Source: Rhodospirillales bacterium
Lineage (GTDB): Bacteria; Pseudomonadota; Alphaproteobacteria; Bin95
NCBI GenBank assembly: GCA_038143065.1
Contig: JAYQLI010000042.1
Span: 29,114-93,113, forward strand
Direction of reading: 5' to 3'
Length of the DNA stretch: 64,000 nucleotides
Part shown: one piece after another, positions 11,840-23,392 of the stretch
Position numbering within the stretch: the stretch's first letter is position 1
Layout of the letters: each line of letters opens with the position of its first letter
Translations under genes and position numbers: made by a program
The notes under the pieces: generated by a model
What the model was told of the DNA's origin: nothing
Database searches by the model: none
What the model saw: only the letters and a program-made list of their open reading frames with translations

Positions 11840-12322
11840 CAATAGGTTAAATGAACTGATGATAGAAAATGTAATTCTATAATCAGTCTTGCTTCGAAAA
11901 GTCGTTTGTTCACGGCTTCGATTATATCAACACCGAATTCATCTGCATGCTGGCGTATCACTTGTTCGTAAGAAATGTCTAAACTGTCAAATTCTTCTAG
12001 ATGTTTAAAACCCAACGTTTCTGGTTTCCGAACTAAATTTTCTAAAAATGTTTTAACAGTTAGCTCTTCAACCGCACGTCTCGTGTATCTAGCGTAGGTC
12101 TTTTCTTATTCTTTACAGTTAGAAATTGTTTAAATGCCACTTGTTTCCAAAATGAATATTCGATGGCGTTTCCGCATTCATCGAACGACAAAATAGTTCT
12201 CTTTCTTTTCGTCAATTCGACCACCAGTTCTTCGGATATTTTTATGCCACTTCCTATATGCATCAATTTGTTTAAGTTCTTTAAAGTTACGTATCTGTTT
12301 AATTGGATCAACTTCGACCATA
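11840..12322 (-). CDS. Hypothetical protein (frameshifted) between sites S1 and S4
   Basis: ORF 12060-12311 plus continuation ENLVRKPETLGFKHLEEFDSLDISYEQVIRQHADEFGVDIIEAVNKRL. Confidence 0.5.
11854..11888 (+). repeat. Palindromic recombination-like site S1: AACTGATGATAGAAAATGTAATTCTATAATCAGTC
   Basis: 13-bp arms (12/13 match) with 7-nt spacer; shares AACTGA and CTATAATCAGTC with S2 and S3. Confidence 0.8.
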
Positions 12323-12431
12323 ATTAATGCCTCAAGCTAGCTTTCACCTTAAAGATGACTGAGGCTCCTCAGACAGCAAGTAGGCTCATGCTGAAAGTTC
12401 TGCACTCCTCGTAATCCGCCTGATATGTGCT

Positions 12432-12466
12432 CTATCTTTATAGAATGGCATTATTCCGGAGCAGTT
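12432..12466 (-). repeat. Degenerate site S4 (reverse complement AACTGCTCCGGAATAATGCCATTCTATAAAGATAG)
   Basis: Same spacing as S1, 21/35 identity by eye, with AACTG and TTCTATAA retained. Confidence 0.4.
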
Positions 12467-12669
12467 CAGCTTAATTTATGGAATGTCGGATATCTTAAAT
12501 TAGTTTATTGAAAAATTTTGCATCGGTAAATTAGATATTGGTTTAAACAGCTGTTTTTAAAATAGCCTACCGGTACCTGATCTAGTTTTTTTCTGACCAG
12601 ACACAAGCTAATTGGTTATAAGTTCGCTCATCAGCTGGTGAATGGTTCAGGTATAATCTGAACAGATGC

Positions 12670-13797
12670 TAAAAATTAAACCGTTTTCCAAAATACTCGT
12701 TTTGAAACTTAGCCCATTCTTGATAAATCAGGCTGCTTGGTACTGGATCCATATCTAACGAAAGGAACTGGCTCATTCCCACTATACTTACAATAGATTG
12801 GCTGGTTTGATTTTTTACATTTTACAATACAAATGGTCTTATCAACAATCTCAAGAAAATGTATCTACTAAGCTGGCTGCTGTTGTGCCACAATTCATTA
12901 ATTTGGTTCATGATCAAAAGTGAGTATTTATCTCTGTCTTTAAAATCATCACTTTTAATTCCCACGATCTCTTTATCTTGATCTCTTACACCAATAATGA
13001 GATCGCCTGAATTTGTATTCAAAAACCCACATACTTCTTTAATTGCCGCCCGCCTTAATTCCTTTGAAATTTGTCCTGTTCACACATCCCGAGAAAACGA
13101 TTGCTTAAATTCTGTGGTCTCGGATTCTTCCGAGGTCTAGGTAATGCTTTATTTCAAGAGGCCGACAAAGCTTTCGGTACGCATTAGTCGCTCTACCCTG
13201 CGTACCATCATTGAAAGGATTTAATTTTCATCATTTTTTATTTTTAGCCGTTCTATTGTTCAGCATTAATTGCAAACGTAATGGAACGAGTTAATTTATG
13301 TCCGATTAGCTGTTGGAACGTTATAGCTCCTTCAATAGAACCAGAAAGTTCAGCTAGATGTTTAGAGTCTTGCAATTCACCAGAAACATTAAAATGATAT
13401 TCATGCTCAAGATCACGCCCAGGCTGACCATCTCGATCAATTGAGAAACTTAAACTCTGCTCCGATAGTTTCCTTCAAAACTGACTGCAAATTAGGGCTC
13501 AAATATACAACCCTGCTTTCGCCTTCTTCTGCTCTTCAAATTCAATGAAAGCTTCTAAATGATCACAGAGCAAAACCCAAGGGACGCTGTCCACAAAACG
13601 GGCATAATGGAAGGACATCATTAAATGGGGCTAAATTTACAACATTACTCATCGATAGCATCCAATTTAAGCCTGTTCCCAATTTTGCGCTAAAAGACCC
13701 TATATCTCAATAATAAATCATCTTCAAAACAACTAAATGACAAAATGAGGTGCATTGATGACATTATAGGGGAACTATAATCGATTGACCACGACAT
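12670..13797 (-). CDS. Protein with C-terminal Schlafen/AlbA_2 domain and uncharacterised N-terminal domain (frameshifted, approximate ends)
   Basis: EESETTEFKQSF...IKEVCGF.NTNSGDLIIGVRDQDKEIVGI. Confidence 0.75.
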
Positions 13798-13819
13798 TCG
13801 CTTTTTGTCCAACTGTTTA

Positions 13820-14800
13820 AGATCTTGATTTAGTTCCGCGCACTTTCTAAGTTTTTTGTGTGAGCCACAGATACAAGCTTTATCAAGGAAACTTTGAGGC
13901 ATCGCACCACCAGCATCTTTTTCGTATTATTTTTCTTAAAATGTTTAGATTGTTGGCAGTGTGATTATTAAGTTCTTCATTTTTCGCAACCATTAATAAA
14001 ATCGCTTTTCTAATAATATCCTCATGTTTTTTATATATCAAAGAATACGGTTCTAAATTTGAGTAGGGACGGCCCCAGGACCAAATTTAACGATCCCATC
14101 CAACTCAAGAAAGAATTCCAATTCATATCGGTCGATTCCTGCAATTTTTTTGATCTCAAATTGAGTATTGTTCAGGAATGGAAAAGAATTTGGATGAATG
14201 AATTCGCTTAATAAATCATAAAATTCTTCAGACCTTCTACATTGCGCTCAAGTTTCTTTTAATTTGGTCAAAATATTTGAGTTAGACAACATACCGTCTC
14301 TATCACGTACTGCCTGACCACCAGCTAATTTTCCGTGGATCTAAGCTTGATGGCAGTACCATGGGCATCTTTGGATCATAAAAAGAATTTAATGTTCCTA
14401 ATCCAAACCATATCCTCCAAGTTAGAGGATTCTTCACACATTTCGTCTCATATTCCGTTAAAGTGCTTAATTTTTTCAGAACCATCATTGAATGCCGCTA
14501 CGGTCTCTAACAGATTGAGTATGAAAATATAAAGATTTATGTTCCAAATTTTCAAATGAACTCATTATTTGAACAAAGGGGCATCCTTTACATCTAAGCA
14601 CATCGTATAATTGAACGCTTCGATTATACGAATACATGAAAAAATAGGACCTTGTGGTTCGATATATATGTAATTTCTTTTGCTCAATAGAGAGGCAGAC
14701 TTTGGTGGCTCTGTGTACGCCTTAGGTAAGTGGAGATTACTAGGCTTTAACCTACACAGTCGCTCTAATCTTTTTACCTCTAGTTCAAACATTTCATCAA
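13820..14800 (-). CDS. HEPN-like (DUF5677-like) protein with probable C-terminal SEC-C motif (frameshifted, approximate ends)
   Basis: NILTKLKKL..FYDLLSEFIHPNS and ACICGSHKKLRKC. Confidence 0.5.
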
Positions 14801-14843
14801 ACCCAAAACCTCTTAATTGGACAAAACTTACTGTATCAAGGCC

Positions 14844-14877
14844 AACTGACCATAGAAATTATATTCTATAATCAGTC
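14844..14877 (+). repeat. Palindromic recombination-like site S2: AACTGACCATAGAAATTATATTCTATAATCAGTC
   Basis: 13-bp arms with 6-nt spacer, 3 bp from the hsdR stop codon. Confidence 0.8.
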
Positions 14878-14880
14878 ATA

Positions 14881-17800
14881 TTATGCGGCCATTCAAACTC
14901 AGATACCACTTCCTGCCTGCCTTAAGACCATCTCAACTGCATCTTAGCCTTATCAGGGGGATATTGATATCTTCTCAGAAGGGTTCTGATCAAGACACGC
15001 AGTTTAGCCCGCACACTATCACGTACAGCCCAATCCACAGTAAGATTATCTCGTAGCTTGGCAGCTATCTCTCTGGCCATCTCGACAAGGACTTCTTCCC
15101 CATGACTTCTTGGGCAGACTCATTTTTGGCTAGAGCATCATAGAATGCTTCTTCCTCATCATTCATATTGTGACTTTCACGCCTACAAGATCCTCTTGAA
15201 ATTGTTTAGCCATAGCGATGAGTTCCTCAATAACCTGCGCAGCCTCAATAGCCCTGTTGGCATACTTGCCTAGAGATGCCTGAAGCAAGTCACTGAATTT
15301 TCGTTGCTTAACCACGTTGGTTCTAAACTTAGACTTAACCTCGTCTTTTATAAGCCTCTGCAACAGTTCAACAGCGAGGTTCTTATGGGGCATCTTCATG
15401 ACCTCAGATAAAAACTCATCAGACAAGATAGAGATATCAGGGTTTCAAGGCCCCAAGCTTGAAAATATCTGATACGCCTTCACCTACTACGGCTTGAGAA
15501 ACAAGTTGGCGTAACTCATAGTTCACATCCTTTTTAGGTCTATCCTCCATCGCTTCCTTTAATCAGCGGCGCTCTAACTGCCTGATGGAATGCAACTTCT
15601 GGCGATAACTCTAGTGCTTCATCCAATGTACCACACAGAGCAAAGGCCTTTGGTCATTTTGCAGCACAGTATCTGCATACCGGCGTTTACCGTCATCCTG
15701 CGCTAGTACACAGTCCATGCATTCAGGTATCAGTGTAAGGGCTTTTGTTTTGAATTCGCTCCAATCAACCGTGTGGAGAAAGTCTCCGGCAATCTGGATC
15801 TTTTCTTTAAGGATGCGCAGGGCTTCACTAGAGTCGATAGTGGGGCGTCCTTTACCCTTGGCGGCGCTATAGGTTGCGAGTGCTTCTTTTAGCTGCGGTG
15901 CAATGCCGATGTAATCTACAGACCAAGCCCCAGGTTTATTTTTAAACACTCGGTTAACACGAGCAATTGCCTGTGCCAGGTTGGCCCCCTGCATCGGTTT
16001 GTCGATATACATTGTTGACAGGCAAGGAGCATCAAATCCGGTCAGCCCATATCTCTGACAATTACTATTTTAAGCGCATCATCAGGATCTTTTACCCGCT
16101 TTTCCAAATCCTTCTTCTGCGACTTATTAGTATGGTGCGGCTGGAATAGGCCTTATCTGAAGCAGAGGCTGTCATTACTACTTTGACTGTACCGCCCATG
16201 TGATCATCTGAATGCCAATCAGGTCGAAGTTTAATAATTTGATCGTAGAGACGCACACAAATGTCACGGGACATTGCCACAACCATAGCTTTACCAGGCT
16301 GCGTTTGGCTTCTGGTTTCGTAGTGCTGGATTAGATCTTCGGCTATCTCCTGCAAGCGAGCCTCAGTGCCAACTATCGCCTCTAATGCCGACCATTGCGA
16401 CTTAGCTTTCTCTTTATCACGATCATCCTCCACCTCATCATCGAGCAGTTCTTCTACTTCTGCATCGATTTGGCAAAGCGTCTTGTTTTGAGGTTGATCT
16501 TGGCTAATCGGGACTCGTAGTAGATCGGCACTGTGGCCCCATCATCCACCGCTGCTGAATGTCATAGATCGACACATAATTACCGAATACAGATTGGGTA
16601 TCTCGGTCATCTTGCGATATCGGAGTGCCGGTAAAGGCTAGGAACGTAGCATTCGGTAAAGCATCTCTTAGCGATTTAGCTAGTCCATATTTAATTGTTC
16701 CAGTTTGACCGTCGATCTTAGCTTTTAAAGCCATACTGCGTGCGATGTGCCTCATCTGCAATAACCACGACATTGTGGCGATCGATAGCACTGGGAACCT
16801 ATCTTCATCTGCATCAAGTCCGAACTTTTGTATGGTTGTGAAGATTATGCCACCAGACGGCCGGTTCATCAGATGCTCTCGGAGTTCCGCCCTCGAGTTA
16901 GCCTGCTTTGGTGTTTCACCCAACAGTTCGCCAGCGCCAGCAAATACGCCGAACAGTTGCCCATCAAGATCTGACGATCTGTAACCATTACCAATGTGGG
17001 GGTTTTCTAGGCGAGGCTCTGCTATCAAGCGTCCTGCAAGGCATGCCATTTCAATGCTCTTGCCCGCTCCCTGCGTGTGCCAGACAACGCCACCTTTTTG
17101 GAGCCCTCTATGCCAGATGCTGTAACAACGCTCTCCACAGCAGCCTGTACGGCGTGGAACTGATGATAGCCTGCGATCTTTTTGATAACCGTCTTATCGT
17201 CCTCAAACAGGCAGAAATACCGCAGATAGCTAAGGAACACCTCCTTGTTAAAGAGGCCCTTGATAAGGGTTTCCAGTTCACGGTGTTGTCCTAATGGATC
17301 CACTTCAACGCCGTCGATGGTTCGCCAGCGCATAAAGCGTTCTTCATTAGCGGAGAGTGATCTAATCGGGCAAATATACCGTCAGATATCACCATGCAGG
17401 TGTTGTAGTTAAACAGGTCTGGAATGTCGTTCTTGTAGGTCTGTAGTTAGTTATAGGCCGCCCAAATATCAGCTTGTTCGTCTGCGGCATTCTTCAGTTC
17501 CAGAACTGATAGAGGCAAGCCATTTACAAAGACTAAGACGTCAGGCCTACGGTTATGCTTCTGACCATGTATTGTGAACTGGTTGACCACCAGCCATTCG
17601 TTATTGTCAGGATTGTCGAAATCGATGACTTTTAGCTGCTTACCAATCTCCTGATCACCCTCGTGATAGGTCACCTTAACGCCTTTGGTCAGCCACGAAT
17701 GAACCTGTCGGTTGGCAGACATCAGGGCTGGAATGTTGGGTTAGTAAGCTGAGAAAGTGCTGTGGTAATCGCTGTTTGAGGAATATCAGGATTGATGCGA

Positions 17801-17968
17801 GTAAGAGCGGATAGCAGCCGATCTTTCAGTACAACCGATACATAATCAGACCGTTCAGGTGTTTCACCATCAGGGTGCGATATCGTAGCCACAGATATAA
17901 TCGTAACCAAGGTCTTTGAACCATTCGATACTTTGCAGTTCAACTTGGTCTTCGGTTACCAAAGCCAT
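14881..17968 (-). CDS. hsdR: Type I restriction enzyme R subunit (frameshifted)
   Basis: [73 protein letters not shown]. Confidence 0.95.
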
Positions 17969-19180
17969 CAGATACCAGCCTCTTCAAGGAACTTCTCTGC
18001 ATCAGGTATGCGGAGTTCACTGAGATGAGTTTGGAAGCAGTGTGTCTCTGAGTTTGGATAATACTTCAATTTCTGCCGCTGCAGTTAATATGCAAGTCTA
18101 TGATAGGATTTATAATCTCTGTCCAAATTTCTGTTTTAGGTCAGAAGCAGGCATTACGACTTTTATGCTTTTAATACTGCTCGCTGAAACATTCCCTTGA
18201 GCGGAACCAGTGCCAAAGGTTTTCAACTTCTTTTTTAAAACTTGCCCGTCTTCATACAACTTCACCATGAATGCGTAATCGCTCGTTGCGTGGGCAACAA
18301 GCCTACCGACCCGCTGGTTGAGGTAAGGCAACTCAACAACCTTTGGGAACCAATAGCCCTACTTCTCCAAGATCCGGTCAACCAATAAGCGTCCCCAGAT
18401 GATAAACGAAACCTTTGAATTTCAGAAATCGTCATGACTATCTACTTGACTGGACGAAAAACATCTACCAACATAGGTTTGACATTCCCTATCCTAACAA
18501 CAGGACTCCTTCTTCGCACCAGTCTTTGCTCTTGAAAGCATAGCCATTCTGAATATCGGCAAGTTTGAAGGTAGATAAAGTCCACCCATTCGGTATCTCC
18601 CCAATCTCCGAGATCACCAACTCATCAGGGAACAGATCACTGATTTCGGCGGAAGACCTGTGGGCGACCCTCTGCCTTTGCTCGTACAGGATCAAAGTCC
18701 ACAAACCATGACTTAAAAGATCGTCTTGGCGATCTCTCTCAAGGGTTTGGTTCATCTTTTGGTTGAGTTCGATTTTATCGTCTAGCGTGCCGAGGATGTG
18801 GGCGATTGCTTTTGGTCAGCAAAACTTCGTTCGGGTACTTCAAGAGATTTAAGACTTGTTTGATTGATCAGGGGTGCCGGAACCACCTCTCAACGAATGC
18901 AAATCCTTCGTCAACAATAAGTAGTAACAATAGCGAGCATCAGCACCAGTCTTTGCATTGCCTTTGATTGCATCTAACCCAACACTGCTCTGAACTGTAA
19001 TGCACATCGAACACAGTAAGACCCAACACGACCTATTATTATAGTTTCAGCAGGATTACTGAATTCATCGCAGTGACCAATAACTCCGTTGGAACCAAAC
19101 ACATTGAACGTTCCATGCCTTCATCAGCAGGGCGTTTTTCCGTTTTCAAAGATAAGGTAAGTATCTATAGAATAATTGCA
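17968..19180 (-). CDS. hsdS: Type I R-M specificity subunit (frameshifted)
   Basis: [39 protein letters not shown] conserved regions. Confidence 0.9.
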
Positions 19181-20712
19181 CTAAAGATCCTCAAACGTAC
19201 AAGATAGATTTGAAACAATTTTTTGGTCTAATTCAGAAGACGCATCCTGCAAGAATGCAGTGACTTCTGTTAAATTTTTTATCGTTTTCGTAAACGTTTC
19301 TGGATGTTTCGTTTGTTCCCCACATACCTTCCCGGCGTCAGGACAAAACCATTCTTCTCGATCTCTTCAAGACGCTGACTTGCAATCCCCGCAACGTCCT
19401 CGTAACCTTCACCGGTTTTCCACGACTGAACCGTCTGATGGATCTTTGCGATGTCCTTGTTTGTGAACACTCTAAGAACCCGGCTCTGCATAGTTCCCAA
19501 CTGTCGAGCATCGATAAACAACGTTCTCACCTCGACGATCCTGCCCATGATCTTGTCGTTTGTGAAAAACCAAAGACAGACTGGAATCTGTGTATTGAGA
19601 AACAACTGACCGGTAATGCGACCATAACCTCGACCACGTCACCTCGCACCATCGCATTGCCTCTGTATCTGTCTTCACCGCCAGTGTTGGAACTCATCGA
19701 ACCATTAGCCAGTACAACCCCTGCCTGACCGGGACAACTTCCACAACATGTGTTGTAGCCAAGCATAGTTGGTATTGCCTACAGGGGCCTACCAAACTTC
19801 CAGCGGGTCACTCTCGTACTCTCCTCCCCAGTCTGAAATGTTGAACGAGTGGATTAGCCATGATGTAATCAAACTTCAGATCTGGGAATTGATCTCGTCC
19901 AAAGGTATCACCAGGCTCTTTCCGAGATCAGCAGCAAACCACGAAATGCCAAGTTTCATTGCTGCTAATCGCCATGTAGTGGGATTACTTTCCTGCCCAT
20001 AGGATGGAGACATCATCCACACGACCGCCATGTGCCTTTACGAATTCTTCACTCTGAACAAACATGCCTCCTGAACCACAGCAGGGACTTGGTAGACACG
20101 GCCTGAGTTAGGAGAAAGGACAGCAACAAGGGTCTTCACGACATGAGTTGGCGTGTAGAACTGACTGCCTTCTTGCCTTCTGCAGAAGCAAATTGGCCAA
20201 TGAAGTATTCGTTACTTCGCCCAGAAGATCGGAGGATCCGTATTTATCAGCAAACCCAATTGTAGAGATGAGATCGATGAGTTCACCTAGAACACCCTGA
20301 CCAAGCTGCGCACGACCGAACCGTTTGTCTAACTTACCTCGCAAAGAGGTGTTCTCGTTCTCAATAGCGGTCATAGCTGCATCAACAAGCGAGCCAATGT
20401 CTGGTTGCTTAGCTTTTGCCCTTAACGCCTCCCAGCGAGCTTCCAGGAACCCAGAATACGTTGTCTTGAACATAATAGTCTCGTTCTTCTAGTTCCTCCT
20501 GGTACTCGGAAGGGTCCTCACTGATGAACAATTCAGAGGCTGGATTTGAAACAGATTGTCTTATCTTTTCCTGCTGCTTAACAAAAGTATCAGATATATA
20601 TTTGAGGAATATGAGGCCTAGACGATATGCTTGTATTCGGCAGCATCCATCTTTGAGCCTGGTGCTTGTCAGCAGTTTTCCATAGGGTTTGTTTGAAATC
20701 TTGTTGGGACAT
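19181..20712 (-). CDS. hsdM: Type I R-M methyltransferase subunit (frameshifted)
   Basis: LIFLKYISD, CCGSGGMFVQSE, GVVLANGSMSSN, FLNTQIPVCLWF, VLTPGRYVG. Confidence 0.95.
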
Positions 20713-20726
20713 AAAATTGCCGCTCC

Positions 20727-20760
20727 GACTGATTATAGTTTTTACAAACATTAGTCAGTT
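20727..20760 (-). repeat. Recombination-like site S3, inverted relative to S1 and S2 (reverse complement AACTGACTAATGTTTGTAAAAACTATAATCAGTC)
   Basis: Perfect CTATAATCAGTC and AACTGA ends; 14 bp upstream of the hsdM ATG; contains TATAAT facing hsdM. Confidence 0.8.
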
Positions 20761-21004
20761 CCGACACATTTGCAATCACGCAACATCTCAAAAATTAGGC
20801 ATCCCAGCACAGTTCACTTCATCGACTTCCAACCTCTTAAGCAAAACAGTATCTGAAGAACCCACACCAAATTCTCAAGCCGTTAATGTATGATATAAGC
20901 TTATTCTGGTTGAGCGACCACAGTAATAATTAAAGGATCCCAGTGTGCTGTGATCCAATCTGCAGCAGTATTAAAACTGATTTGGGTGGCTAAGGAGACT
21001 ATGC

Positions 21005-21400
21005 TCAGCGAAGCTCAAAGCAGGTAGAATTAACCCAATCAATCGAGGACGCCAAATCGTTCTTTGTCCTCTTCTTTAAACAATATTCCAGCCAACCAAC
21101 TATTCTTTGAAGATTGTCTGGTATTTCAAAATGCAATTCGCTGTAACCAAACTTTGTTTTCTGCCAACATGATTTAACCATATGCATAAAGTTCAGTTCA
21201 ATATCGTCAGGCTTTTCCATGATGATATGCAAATGATGTCGGTGCGTATGATCACATTCTCTAACGACAAACATAGATGCTTGGCATCCTATCGATAGCA
21301 GCAACATCGTTTGTCCAACAGAGATTTCAGAGCTAAATGTCTTTACTGCTTGGAAGCTGGCTTGCTCCATTTTTGAATGAAGCCCCGATCAACAGCGGCA
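21005..21400 (-). CDS. HUH-motif (rolling-circle Rep-like) protein
   Basis: E.DHTHRHHLHIIME, CWQK and GWLEYCLK (HUH plus candidate catalytic Tyr). Confidence 0.55.
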
Positions 21401-21882
21401 CGTACGCCAAACAATTGTTATGGGAAAAGCGCAGTGAGTTTGAAATCAGGAAAAAGCGACCAAGCACGTGCTACGATATGGGCAGATAATGGTGGTGCCA
21501 TTTCGAAACAAACATCAAAGCACAGCAGATAGTAAAATGACTTTGAATGAATAACTGCTGAATACGGATAAGAGCACCTTTCTGAAGTACCAAAGAGCTC
21601 AAGGCTCCATGCCATCACCGAAGAAAATCTCTCAATCAGATCATTCATTGGATCTAGCAGCTCACCAGGACGCAATTACTTGCTAAATAGGACCAATTTT
21701 TGGCACTTTGTATCAGAGAAATAACGCCATTTATCGATCTCATACACCATAAAATTATAGCTGCACTTTAACATCTTCGCTGTTTACATAGGCAGCTAGA
21801 TTATCCATTGCCTCACCAAGAAACTATCAAGAGAGCACCATGAGAATAGGCTGTGTGAATTTTTCAAGCTGACCCAACTAAT

Positions 21883-23073
21883 TCACTCCCCTAAACTTGT
21901 AGGTTCTTCGCTATCTCTTTGGAGATGGTAAGAATCGACATAGAACCGTTCAATCTGATCACCAGACGTCTGGGCATTCTTCGCAAGGTTAAAGATATTC
22001 ACCTTTCCCTCACTGTTAATGATCCTCATGCAAATTGCAGTGTGACGCAAGGAATACAGTGTATGAGTTTTGCCCGTCGGGGTATCTGTTTGTAGTTTCT
22101 CCATACCTCAGAACCTCTGTGAAACAGCCGCTGGATCATACCTGAAGCAGTAGTTCGGTTCTGTATTGGGGGTAGAAAATGTAATCCCTGGGTTTTGCAT
22201 TCGGTAACGCTTCAAAATACGCTCGTAGACGGACACGGCAGCCGGCATAGTGTTAGCACTTCTAAACCCGTTTTACCGTCTCTAACGGTGACTATGAGTT
22301 GCCTGGGATCATCTGCAACCGTCACATCGCTATGTTTGATCGCATAAAGCTCTGATGAGATGGGTCTGACGAAGATGCGTCAGAAATAGGATCATATCAT
22401 AGAATTCATCGGTGACGGCAAAACCCCGGACACTTACCTCCTCTACTGCTTTCTTAATCGCCGCTAAAAAGCTTTTGGTAATTATCTTCCTCTTTTGCCA
22501 CCAGTGGATGGAACCGAAAGAAAGGTCTTGGGTTGTCTTTGGATTTCACCTCGTGGAGTTTGCGGTACGACCTCAACAACACCCTTCATCTCTGGCGATC
22601 TTCATTACATTCCGAAACGCAGCCATAAGTGTGTTCTTTGTTGAAGCAGCCAAACTTGGACGACGCTTAGTGAGATCAGCAATATATTCTGATATGTGGG
22701 TGCGGATCTGCCTTACATCCCGATCACCAAAACCGAAGAAGACCCCAATCTTCATTTTGAACAGCCCAATGTAATGCTTTGATGTAACCTTGGCTCCGCT
22801 CACCTGTTTGGTGCTGTAACCGAGATCTATGAAAAGCTTAGAGCGAAATGACTGGCTTGCATGTATTCACGTTCAACGGGCTTTTCTGACTTGAGCAGAG
22901 ATAGGCAATTCTTGACAACCTCCCTCGCCCGTATTACCGTATCTTCACCAGTTGACTTAACCAGGTATTTTTTGGTTTTCTTGTCCCAAGCACGAACATA
23001 CCACTTGGTCGACCGTTCGACACGAACAGGGATAAGCCTTGTAAAGCTTTATAGTTGAAGGTGCTTTAGACAT
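21883..23073 (-). CDS. Island integrase (tyrosine recombinase), frameshifted
   Basis: WYVRAWD..YLVKSTGE N-terminus, TVRDGKTG, HTLYSLRHTAICMRI, LAKNAQTS..IERFY. Confidence 0.85.
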
Positions 23074-23154
23074 TATCGAGATCCAAAATCAAAGTTATAA
23101 ACCCTAGTTATAAACTACTTGATAACCTATTGATACCAATAAATGCCAAGATAC

Positions 23155-23197
23155 CTGTTAATCAATTGGTCGTAGGTTCGATCCCCACCGCCGGAGC
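23155..23197 (+). other. att site: 3' half of tRNA-Asn(GTT), marking the right end of the island
   Basis: CTGTTAATCAATTGGTCGTAGGTTCGATCCCCACCGCCGGAGC has the anticodon loop, T-arm and acceptor 3' strand but no 5' half; adjacent to the integrase start. Confidence 0.85.
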
Positions 23198-23392
23198 TAA
23201 TTTCCCAAGTAAATCAAAGATTTACGAGACACCTCAGCGAGGTGGCTCAGGGGATGTTCGGCATTAGTAAGCGCATAGTAAGCAGTTTGAAGCTGTTTTC
23301 TCGACCTTCCCATGCCCCAGACACGTATTCGGCGCTGTTGACAGGTGGGTGCATGAAGCAGAAAGTTGCCACAAAGTGAGCAGCAGTTGGCA

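Noticed and set aside
13690-13902. Standalone SEC-C ORF or SEC-C-Schlafen fusion
   Set aside because: Likely a frameshift product joining the end of the upstream gene to the start of the next; it cannot be resolved without polishing.
11854-20760. S-sites as CRISPR repeats, integron attC sites or XerCD dif sites
   Set aside because: Spacing is kilobase-scale and irregular with no cas genes, there are no RYYYAAC/GTTRRRY ends, and there is no TTATGTTAAAT XerD arm.
23155-23197. Functional tRNA-Asn gene
   Set aside because: The 5' acceptor strand and D-arm are absent, so it is treated as an att site.
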